From the NCBI GenBank assembly GCA_965228475.1, contig OZ245817.1, forward strand, positions 32,001 through 96,000: a stretch of 64,000 nt of DNA. Reading direction: 5' to 3'. The notes under the pieces were generated by a model. That model worked only from the letters and a program-made list of their open reading frames with translations, did not search any database and was not told the origin of the DNA. Of the stretch, positions 39,567 to 47,443 are shown in pieces. Every line of letters begins with the position of its first letter. The stretch's first letter is position 1. This DNA comes from Myxococcota bacterium (GTDB lineage: Bacteria; Myxococcota_A; UBA9160; JAFDDA01). A program made the translations under genes and the position numbers.

Positions 39567-40295
39567 TTATTTCGTTCGCGCGCGTCGGGCTTCGACGCGC
39601 TTCAAGAAGACTTCGCGGCCGGCCCGCACGAAGCGGCGCACGGCGTCGACGGCCGCGTCGACGTCGCGGGCGTCGAGGGCGGTGCGGAGATCCTTGGCGA
39701 TCGGGATGACGGCCTCGCGCGGCGGGCGCAGGCGTCCGCGCCGCCCGCGTCGGCCGACGTCGTTCTGGATCGATCGCAGGCCGTTTCGCATGAGGCGCAG
39801 CACGAGGTGACCGCTCGCCTCGGCCATGAGCTGCACGAGCGCCTCGGTGGCGTCGAAGAACTGGTCGTCGCCGCCGGCCGGGTCGGTCATGCGGTCGAGC
39901 AGTTCGTGGGCGCGCGCGAGCTCCTCGCCCGTGGCGCGCTCGACGGCGAAGCGCAGCAGCGAGATCAGGAGCAGCTCGTGGACGTCCATGAACTCGGAGA
40001 GGAGCTCGAGGTCCGGCTCCTCCTTCAACACCAGGAGGTGTCGCAGCACGTCGAGGTTCGCGTCCTCGACGGGGCGGACGGTCGCGCCACCGCCGTGGAC
40101 GATGGAGACGAGCCCGAGCTGGGCGAGCTTCGCCACCGCCTCGCGCACGGTGCTCCGGCCGACGCCAAGCTTCGCCGCCAGCTCGCGCTCCGCCGGCAGG
40201 CGCTCCCCGGCCGTGAAGTCGCCGCGCAGGATCGCGTCGCGCAGATCGTCGGCGACGCTGGCCGATCGGGTTTTTTCCAGAGGCGGGACGGGCAT
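39567..40295 (-). CDS. GntR/FadR-family transcriptional regulator
   Basis: ATG at 40295; GERLPAERELA..LGVGRSTVREA HTH and an FCD-like C-terminus. Confidence 0.92.
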   Translation of the reverse strand: MPVPPLEKTRSASVADDLRDAILRGDFTAGERLPAERELAAKLGVGRSTVREAVAKLAQLGLVSIVHGGGATVRPVEDANLDVLRHLLVLKEEPDLELLSEFMDVHELLLISLLRFAVERATGEELARAHELLDRMTDPAGGDDQFFDATEALVQLMAEASGHLVLRLMRNGLRSIQNDVGRRGRRGRLRPPREAVIPIAKDLRTALDARDVDAAVDAVRRFVRAGREVFLKRVEARRARTK

Positions 40296-40330
40296 TTGCG
40301 GCTCGGACTCCAGCCGGGCTCTTCCGGCAG

Positions 40331-40364
40331 ATTGGTCAGACCAATCCTGATTGGACGGACCATT
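40331..40364. promoter_or_regulatory. Tandem FadR-type operators
   Basis: Perfect palindrome ATTGGTC-A-GACCAAT (40331-40345) and a degenerate copy ATTGGACGGACCATT (40350-40364). Both match the FadR-family TGGT-N3-ACCA pattern. Confidence 0.8.
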
Positions 40365-40460
40365 AGCTCCGATCTCGCCAAGCCGCAACCCGGGCCCGCT
40401 CGGGCCGCCCCTGCGGCGGGCCGTGCCGTAGAATCGGGCCTCCGCGGCCAAGGAGACGCC

Positions 40461-41357
40461 ATGATCCCCCTCGATGAACTCGGTATGGGCCCGCGCCCGT
40501 TCCTCGACGCCCGCCGCCGCGCGCTGGCCGAGCTTCGCTTCGAGCATTTCCGCGTCCGACCGCTCGCGCCGGTGATCGGCGGCGAGGTCTCGGGCGTCGA
40601 TCTCGGCGGCCCGCTCTCGGACGCGGTCGTCGAGGAGCTCACCCGCGCCCTCGAAGAGTTCAAGGTGATCTTCTTCCGCGATCAGGAGCTCTCGCGCGAG
40701 CAGCACCGCGCCTTCGCCGCGCGCTTCGGCGAGCTCGAAGAGCACCCGTTCCTGCCCTCGCCCGACGGCGAGCCCGAGGTGATCCGCTTCGCCAAGGACG
40801 ATCAGGTCGCCGGCGTCGAGAACATCTGGCACAGCGACGTCTCCTGGCGCGAGCTGCCCTCCCTCGGCTCGGTGCTGCGCGCCCACGAAGTCCCGCCCGT
40901 CGGCGGCGACACGCTCTGGGCCGACATGGAGTCCGCCTACGAAGGCCTCGGCGACGAACTGAAGGCGAAGATCGAAGGCCGCGTCGCCATCCACGACTTC
41001 GTGAACAGCTTCGGTCTCGCCATGCCGGCGGAGAAGCGCGAGGAGATGCGCGCGAAGTTCCCGCCCGCGGAACACCCCCTCGTGCGCACCCACCCGAAGA
41101 CGGGCCGCCGCTGCATCTACGTGAACGGCATCTTCACGAGCCACGTGAAGGGGCTCTCGCCCGAGGAGAGCGACGACCTCCTGCGCCAGCTCTACCGCCA
41201 GGCGGCGGTGCCCGAATACCAAGTGCGCTTCACCTGGCAGCCGAACTCCGTGGCCTTCTGGGACAACCGCTCGACCCAGCACTACGCCTCGAACGACTAC
41301 TGGCCCCAGAACCGCGTCATGGATCGCGTCACGATCATCGGCGACCGGCCCCACTGA
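40461..41357 (+). CDS. TauD/TfdA Fe(II)/2-oxoglutarate dioxygenase
   Basis: AAGGAG SD; WHSD, GGDTLWAD, HPLVRTHP, WDNRSTQHYA. Confidence 0.95.
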   Translation: MIPLDELGMGPRPFLDARRRALAELRFEHFRVRPLAPVIGGEVSGVDLGGPLSDAVVEELTRALEEFKVIFFRDQELSREQHRAFAARFGELEEHPFLPSPDGEPEVIRFAKDDQVAGVENIWHSDVSWRELPSLGSVLRAHEVPPVGGDTLWADMESAYEGLGDELKAKIEGRVAIHDFVNSFGLAMPAEKREEMRAKFPPAEHPLVRTHPKTGRRCIYVNGIFTSHVKGLSPEESDDLLRQLYRQAAVPEYQVRFTWQPNSVAFWDNRSTQHYASNDYWPQNRVMDRVTIIGDRPH

Positions 41358-41359
41358 AC

Positions 41360-42379
41360 GTGGCGTCGCCCTCCGCGCAGCGCCGCGAACAGATCGCGCT
41401 CTACGGCGTCGGCTTCTTCGTTCTTGCGAGCGTCTTTCTCGCGCTGCTCGTGCGGCTGCCCGAGGGCGCCGGGTTCGGCTTCTCGCTCGCGCTCCACGGG
41501 CCGCGTCTGCTGCTAGGGCTGGCCGCCGGGGCGGGCCTTGGCGTGGCCGGCGCCTTCCAGACGGCCGCGGACGATACGGGCCGCGGCCACCCGCTGCTGT
41601 TCGCCGTGGCGACGGGCCTCGCCCTCGGCGGCGCGCGCGGCTCGCACTACTTCGACCTGGCGGCGCCCTCGAGCCACGTGCTCGGCGCCTTCGAGTGCGC
41701 GCTCTTCTTCACGGTGCTGGTCCTCGGCGCGCGCCGGCTGCGCGGTTTCTCGCGCCTCGCGACCGGGCTGGTCCTGCTCTTCGCCCTCGGCGCGGGGCTC
41801 GCGGCCGGGCTCGAGGGCAAGGGCGACCCGACGGGCCTGCGCCCCTGGGTCTTCTGGCTGCTCGGCGATCTCGGCTGGGCGACCTGGACGACGGCGATTC
41901 CCGCCGCCGCGGTGATCCTCGTCTTCGCGGCCGTGCTCGCGCGCCGCGTTCCGGCCGGCCGCGATCTCGCGAGCCTGTCCGAGGACGAACGCGGCGCACT
42001 GCTCGGCCTGGCTTCGCTGCTTTTCGGCTTCTGCCTCGGCGCCGTCGGCATCGTGGCGTTCTTCTCGCTGATGGTCGCCATCGCCGCGCGCTGGCTGCTC
42101 GGGCACGCTTCGCTGCGTGCCTGGGCCGGCGTGTCGGCCGTGCTCGGAGCCCTCGCCATGGTGTGGGCCGATGCGTTGCCCCGCGCGCTGTTCGGGGGGC
42201 TCGCGCCGCCGCTCGGCTTCGGGGTGATGGCCCTCGCGGTGCCGTGGTTCCTGCTGCGCAACGATGGCCGGTCGCCGCGCATCGCCCGCGCGGCGGAGGT
42301 GCTCCTCGGGCTCGCCCTCGGGATCGGGGTCGTCGGGGTCGCGATCGTCCTGAACGTCCTGGCCGGGCAGCTCGGCTAG
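41360..42379 (+). CDS. Divergent FecCD/BtuC-like permease
   Basis: PRLLLG...GAGLGVAG, FWLLGDLGWATW, GIVAFFSLMV..AR.L.G. Confidence 0.6.
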   Translation: MASPSAQRREQIALYGVGFFVLASVFLALLVRLPEGAGFGFSLALHGPRLLLGLAAGAGLGVAGAFQTAADDTGRGHPLLFAVATGLALGGARGSHYFDLAAPSSHVLGAFECALFFTVLVLGARRLRGFSRLATGLVLLFALGAGLAAGLEGKGDPTGLRPWVFWLLGDLGWATWTTAIPAAAVILVFAAVLARRVPAGRDLASLSEDERGALLGLASLLFGFCLGAVGIVAFFSLMVAIAARWLLGHASLRAWAGVSAVLGALAMVWADALPRALFGGLAPPLGFGVMALAVPWFLLRNDGRSPRIARAAEVLLGLALGIGVVGVAIVLNVLAGQLG

Positions 42380-42409
42380 CCACCGCGTGGGCGCGCCGTC
42401 GCAAGGGCG

Positions 42410-43840
42410 CTAGCCGAAGAGCGCGAGCCCCTTCCGGAAGTACGCTTCGTAGACGCCGCGCGTGCGCAGGCCGGTGCTCTCGACGTTCTCGGGCTCGCCG
42501 AAGTGCTCCGGGTCGCCGGTGAAGGTCGAGGGCATGGCGATGCGGTAGATGCGCTCGGCCTCGACGGGTTCGCCCTGGCGCTCCACCGCCGCGCGCATCG
42601 GCGCCTTCATCCGGTCGCCGCGGATCTCGAGCACGCCGACGTCCGAGTCGAAGGGGTCGAGGTTCCACACGAGGCTCGTGGTGATCGGGCCCGGGACGAA
42701 GCGCGCCTGGATCGCATCGGAGTGGTACGCGAGGCGCAGGCCCGTCGCCTGGCGGAGGGCCTCTTCGACGAGCGGGCGGAGCTCCGCGTCCTCCAGGAGC
42801 TTCGGCGTCCGCCCGAGCGCCGTTCCGACGTGCTGGTTCGCGCCGCCGTCGTCCGCGAGGTGGATGGCGGCGTGGACGTGGGGCCAGCCGCGGAAGTGCA
42901 GGAGCGTGCCCGGCCCCTCGACGCGCCAGATGTGCCAGTAGGGAGCGCCGCGGCGCGAAGCGTCCTCCGCGTCGAGGGAGTCGAGCGACGCCCCGTCGTC
43001 GTAGATGCCGCCCTTGCGCCAGGCCGCGACGTGGAGCGATTCGACGCCGCCGTTGCGGCGCAGCGTTCCCCAGGCCGCCTCGCGATCCGCTTCGTCGTAG
43101 CAGGAGAGGACCGTATCGACGAGGGCGGCCAGCTGCGCGCGCTCCGCTTCGCCGAGGGTGTTCGCGGCAAGGCCACGGAAGGTCCCGCCCGGGCCCTGGA
43201 GCTGGACGGCCGTCTCGCTCGGCGGCCTTCCCGCGACCGTGGCGGCCTCGCGCGCTTCGGGCGAGAGCCCCGCCAGGAACTCGTTCAGCGCGTCGCCGTG
43301 GTAGGCGAAGGCGTTGCCCGGGAGGCGCGGCGCGCCGTTTCCGATCTGGTGGCCGTAGGCGATCGGCCCGCCGAAGGCGGAGCCGCCCCGCGTCATGCCG
43401 CCGCCGCGGATCAGGAGGTGTCCGCCGGAGATCGCGACCTGGAAGTCCGCGGTGTCCGGGTCGCCGTACATCAGGAAGGCGCACGGATCGAGGCCGCCGC
43501 CCTCGAGGGCGACGAGCCGGCCGAACTGCCGCCGCCGCTCCTCGGAGGTCATCGTGTCGTAGAGCCGGTTCACGAGCCGGCGCTGCCCCGCCGTGAGCGC
43601 GCTGGCCACGCGCGGCGCGGAGTCCATGCAGGCGACGTGGGTGAGGAGTCCCCGGGAAGGATGGTCCCAGGGAAGCAGCAGGTGGCTGCGCTGGAGGGGG
43701 GTGAGGCTCGCGACGAGTGCGCGGGCGGCACTGCGGAAGTCGCCGGTCACGGCCTCGGGGGTCACGAGGCGGTCGAGCCCGCGGGTGGCGAGCGCGCCGG
43801 CGGCGAGGCCTCCCAGCGCCAGGAAGCTCCGCCGGTCCAT
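42410..43840 (-). CDS. Tat-exported DUF3500-like protein with a 5'-nucleotidase-C-like tail
   Basis: MDRRSFL Tat signal; SGGHL, FGGPI.YGH and WRVEGP..LLHFRG.PHVH; tail GPIT..VWNLDPFD..V.VLEIRG. Confidence 0.75.
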   Translation of the reverse strand: MDRRSFLALGGLAAGALATRGLDRLVTPEAVTGDFRSAARALVASLTPLQRSHLLLPWDHPSRGLLTHVACMDSAPRVASALTAGQRRLVNRLYDTMTSEERRRQFGRLVALEGGGLDPCAFLMYGDPDTADFQVAISGGHLLIRGGGMTRGGSAFGGPIAYGHQIGNGAPRLPGNAFAYHGDALNEFLAGLSPEAREAATVAGRPPSETAVQLQGPGGTFRGLAANTLGEAERAQLAALVDTVLSCYDEADREAAWGTLRRNGGVESLHVAAWRKGGIYDDGASLDSLDAEDASRRGAPYWHIWRVEGPGTLLHFRGWPHVHAAIHLADDGGANQHVGTALGRTPKLLEDAELRPLVEEALRQATGLRLAYHSDAIQARFVPGPITTSLVWNLDPFDSDVGVLEIRGDRMKAPMRAAVERQGEPVEAERIYRIAMPSTFTGDPEHFGEPENVESTGLRTRGVYEAYFRKGLALFG

Positions 43841-44004
43841 TCCTCCGGAGTTGCCTTCGCTCACCTCGTCCTCCACCTCTGCCTCGGAAGCGCCGGGCTT
43901 CGGCCCGCGCGGCAAACCGCCATTCTAGCGCCACCGGCGGCCCCGGGCGCAGCCCCTATACTCGGGCCGACGCCGGCGCCCTGGCGTCCTACCCGGGTCT
44001 CCTC

Positions 44005-45471
44005 ATGAGTTCTCCCAACGAGCTGCCGCCTTCCGCGGCCCAGCCGCTCGAACGCGCTGCGGCCACGCCCCCGGGCCGGGGCGGACTGCGCCAGCGCCTG
44101 CTCGCCCGCCTCGAGGGGGGCGGCCGCTATCCGCAGTGGGTGCTCTTCGCGGCGCTGGCCGGGATGTTCGCGACGACCTTCCCGATCACGATCCTGACGA
44201 TCGCGCTGAAGCAGATCGCCACCGAGTTCGCCGTCCGCGAGACGACCATCGCCTGGGTCATCACGGCGCCGATGCTGTGCTCCGCGGTGACCCTGCCCCT
44301 GCTGGGAAAGCTCGGGGACCTCTACGGCCACCGGCGGATCTTCCTGCTCGGCTTCGGCCTGGCTTCGCTGACGGCGGCGGCCACCGCCCTCGCCTGGGAC
44401 GCCCCTTCCCTGATCGGCCTGCGCACGATCGCCGCCGTCGTCGGGGGGGCGACCGGCCCGACCTCCATGGCGCTCATCTTCAGCGTCTACGCCCAGGAAG
44501 ATCGCGTCCGCGCCATGGGCTGGTGGTCGATGACGGGCGCCGCGGCGCCGGCGCTCGGCTTGATCCTCGGCGGGCCGCTGGTCGACCTGCTCGGCTGGCG
44601 CGTCGTGTTCCTCCTGCAGGCCGTCCTCTCGCTCGGTGCCCTCGCGCTGGCCGCGCTCGTGCTGCGCGAGACCGAGAAGCAGAAGGTCCGCTTCGATCTC
44701 GCTGGGGCCGGGGCGCTCATGCTCGTGGTCGCCGGCTTCATGGTCGCCCTCGCGCGGGTTCGGGACGTGGCCTTCCTCTCGTTCGACGTCGCCGGCGCGC
44801 TGGCCGTCGGGGTGCTCGCGATTCCGCTCTTCGTCCGCATCGAGCGCCGCACGGTGGAGCCGCTCCTGGCCCTCGAGTTCTTCGCGCGCCCGAACTTCAC
44901 GGCGCCGATGATCGCCAACGCCTTCCAGGGTGCGGCCTACATGGGTGCCTTCGTGCTGGCGCCGCTGGTGCTGATCAACCTGTTCGGCTTCAGCGCGTCG
45001 AAGACGGCCGGGATCATGCTGCTGCGCACCGCGACCCTCACCATGGCCTCGCCCCTCGGCGCACGGCTCGGCATGCGCGTCGGCGAGCGGAATGCGGCGA
45101 CCCTCGGCTCGGTCCTGCTCACGGCGTCGCTCGTGGTGATCGCCTTCTCCGCCTCGAGCGTGCACCTGCTCGGCTTCTGCGCGGGGCTGGTCCTCCAGGG
45201 CCTCGGGCACGGCCTGGCCCTGCCTTCGCTCTCCTCGGCCGTGGCCAACGCCGTCCCGGAAAAGGATCTCGGCATCGCCTCGGCCGGAAGCCGATTGATG
45301 GGAACCGTCGGCACGGCCTTCGGCATCACCGTCCTCACCCTGGTGTACGGTGGCGACAACACGGGCCCGGCCTTCCTGGTGGCCTACGGCGTGGGGGCGA
45401 TCTTCGCCGCGCTCTCCACCCTGGCCGCCTTCTACATGTCCGGCCCGGTGTGGGAGGAGAGTGCGTCATGA
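44005..45471 (+). CDS. MFS transporter (DHA2-like)
   Basis: GKLGDLYGHRR motif A, about 14 TM helices, GWR.VF. Confidence 0.93.
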   Translation: MSSPNELPPSAAQPLERAAATPPGRGGLRQRLLARLEGGGRYPQWVLFAALAGMFATTFPITILTIALKQIATEFAVRETTIAWVITAPMLCSAVTLPLLGKLGDLYGHRRIFLLGFGLASLTAAATALAWDAPSLIGLRTIAAVVGGATGPTSMALIFSVYAQEDRVRAMGWWSMTGAAAPALGLILGGPLVDLLGWRVVFLLQAVLSLGALALAALVLRETEKQKVRFDLAGAGALMLVVAGFMVALARVRDVAFLSFDVAGALAVGVLAIPLFVRIERRTVEPLLALEFFARPNFTAPMIANAFQGAAYMGAFVLAPLVLINLFGFSASKTAGIMLLRTATLTMASPLGARLGMRVGERNAATLGSVLLTASLVVIAFSASSVHLLGFCAGLVLQGLGHGLALPSLSSAVANAVPEKDLGIASAGSRLMGTVGTAFGITVLTLVYGGDNTGPAFLVAYGVGAIFAALSTLAAFYMSGPVWEESAS

Positions 45472-45499
45472 CCGGGAGCCGAGCCTTGGAGGGTGCGTC

Positions 45500-45970
45500 A
45501 TGAGCCGCCGCGACCAGATCCGCATGAGCGAGGACGAGCTGCGCGAGTTCCTCGCCGGCGCCCAGACGATCATCCTGAACTCGATCGACGCGGAGGGCGT
45601 CCCCCACCCGATGCCGATGTGGTTCGGCGTCGAAGAGGACGGCGCGATCGTGATGACGACCTTTCGCAAGAGCCAGAAGATCCAGAACCTGCGCCGTGAC
45701 CCGCGCGTTTCGATGCTGGTCGAGGACGGCGAGGTCTACGCCGAGCTGCGCGGGGCCGTACTCTACGGCAAGGCCGAGCTGATCGACGACACCGAGCGCG
45801 TCATCGACATCCTCTCCGCCGTGGCCACCGCCAACCAGCCCCTCGACGACGAAGCGAAGCAGGGCATGCGGACGGTCCTCGCGAAGACCGCCCCCAAGCG
45901 CATTGGCATCCGGGTGGCGCCCGAGCGCGTCGTCTCCTGGGACCACCGCAAGCTCGGCGGGAAGTACTGA
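45500..45970 (+). CDS. Pyridoxamine 5'-phosphate oxidase-like (PPOX class) protein
   Basis: SQKIQNLRRDPRVS.LVE.G, VVSWDHRKL. Confidence 0.9.
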   Translation: MSRRDQIRMSEDELREFLAGAQTIILNSIDAEGVPHPMPMWFGVEEDGAIVMTTFRKSQKIQNLRRDPRVSMLVEDGEVYAELRGAVLYGKAELIDDTERVIDILSAVATANQPLDDEAKQGMRTVLAKTAPKRIGIRVAPERVVSWDHRKLGGKY

Positions 45971-45973
45971 GCC

Positions 45974-46600
45974 GTGGCCGACGAGCTCGCCAAGCGCCGC
46001 CGCGGGCGGCCGCCGATCCCCGAGGAGGTGCAGCGCCGCCGCCTGCTGCGCGCGGCAATCGAGGTCTTCACCACGCGGAGCTACGCCGGGGCGCGCATCT
46101 CGGACATCGTGCGCGAGGCGGGCATGTCCTCGCGCTCCTTCTACGAGTTCTTCGAGTCGAAGGAAGACCTGGTCGTGGCGGTGATCCACGAGGTGGTCGG
46201 AACCTTCGTCACCCGTCTCGAGGCGATCTTCTCGGCGACGGACGATCCGATCGAGCGGATCGACCGCGGCCTCTCCGCCGCGCTCGAGATCTTCGCCGGG
46301 GCCGGGCTCGACGTGACGCGGCTCTCCGGCGCGGCCGGGAGCAGCGCCCTCGAGGTGCGCACCCACTACGTGCGGCGGATCTCGGCCATGATCACGACGG
46401 AGCTCGAGGCGGTCCACGCGTCCGGCCGGATCCCCGCCCCGCCGGACCCGGCGGCCGTGGAGCTGGTGATCACCGGCGTGGAAGGGATGGGGCTCCGGTT
46501 CATGGCCGAGGGGCGCGGGGCGGAGTTGCGGCGCCTTCACCCCGTCCTGATGGACCTCCTGGTGCGCGCTTTCGTCGGCGAACCGGCAAGTTCGGTGTAA
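45974..46600 (+). CDS. TetR-family regulator
   Basis: ISDIVREAGMSSRSFYEFFESKEDL HTH. Confidence 0.92.
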   Translation: MADELAKRRRGRPPIPEEVQRRRLLRAAIEVFTTRSYAGARISDIVREAGMSSRSFYEFFESKEDLVVAVIHEVVGTFVTRLEAIFSATDDPIERIDRGLSAALEIFAGAGLDVTRLSGAAGSSALEVRTHYVRRISAMITTELEAVHASGRIPAPPDPAAVELVITGVEGMGLRFMAEGRGAELRRLHPVLMDLLVRAFVGEPASSV

Positions 46601-46738
46601 CCAGCTGGAATCAAAAACGAAACCTCGGGTCCCGTTTTTGAAATTCCCCTTTTACTTAATTCTTCCCTTTCCGTCCTTTCTCCATTAAAAGGGGAGGACT
46701 CCGGCGCGGGTGCCGGGACACAGGGGGAAGGACGACCC

Positions 46739-47437
46739 ATGCGAACCAAGAACTACGTGAAGCTGGGGCTGATCGTGCTGCTCGGAAGTGGCGGCGTCGG
46801 CTGCGGCGACATCGACATCCCGCTCGACCTCGCGCTGGTCGGGGACAACACGATTTCCATCGAGCAGGAAGGCCAGGCGCCGCTCGCGACCACGCTGGTC
46901 GGCGGCGTCGAGACGACGATCACCGCGTCGATCGGCCTGTTCAGCCTGCTCAACCCCAACGGCATCGCCGCGGCGATCTCGGTGGACGACCTCCTGATCG
47001 CCGGCGACAGCATCGCGATCCTCGGCGGCATCGTGAACACCGGCACGCTGTGCATCGAGCAGAACACGGAGAACCCGGGCGGCGGCCTCGCGGCGCTCAA
47101 GATCTTCAAGGGCGAGGCGGACTTCATGCTCGCGCTCAACACCTTGATCCGCGGAACCGACCCGGGCTTCGTGGCGCTGCTCGAGCTCTCGGGCATCGAC
47201 AGCCTGCCCTTCGACACCGAGGTGAACACGACCGTGCCGCTCGGCTTCGCCGACCTGTTCGGGCTGTTCCTCGGCGGCGGGGGCGGCGGCGGCCTCGAGC
47301 TCTCCCAGGACATCGAGACGACCCTGCCGGCGGACATCCCGTTCTTCGGTGGCGCCACGGTCGCCGCGTCCCTGACGCTCGCGACGGTCGACGAGATTCC
47401 GGCGGATCCGCTCCTCGTCGACTGCGTCATGCCCTAG
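46739..47437 (+). CDS. Hypothetical lipoprotein
   Basis: Signal peptide ending GGVG-C; acidic, beta-rich body. Confidence 0.75.
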   Translation: MRTKNYVKLGLIVLLGSGGVGCGDIDIPLDLALVGDNTISIEQEGQAPLATTLVGGVETTITASIGLFSLLNPNGIAAAISVDDLLIAGDSIAILGGIVNTGTLCIEQNTENPGGGLAALKIFKGEADFMLALNTLIRGTDPGFVALLELSGIDSLPFDTEVNTTVPLGFADLFGLFLGGGGGGGLELSQDIETTLPADIPFFGGATVAASLTLATVDEIPADPLLVDCVMP

Positions 47438-47443
47438 GGGCGC

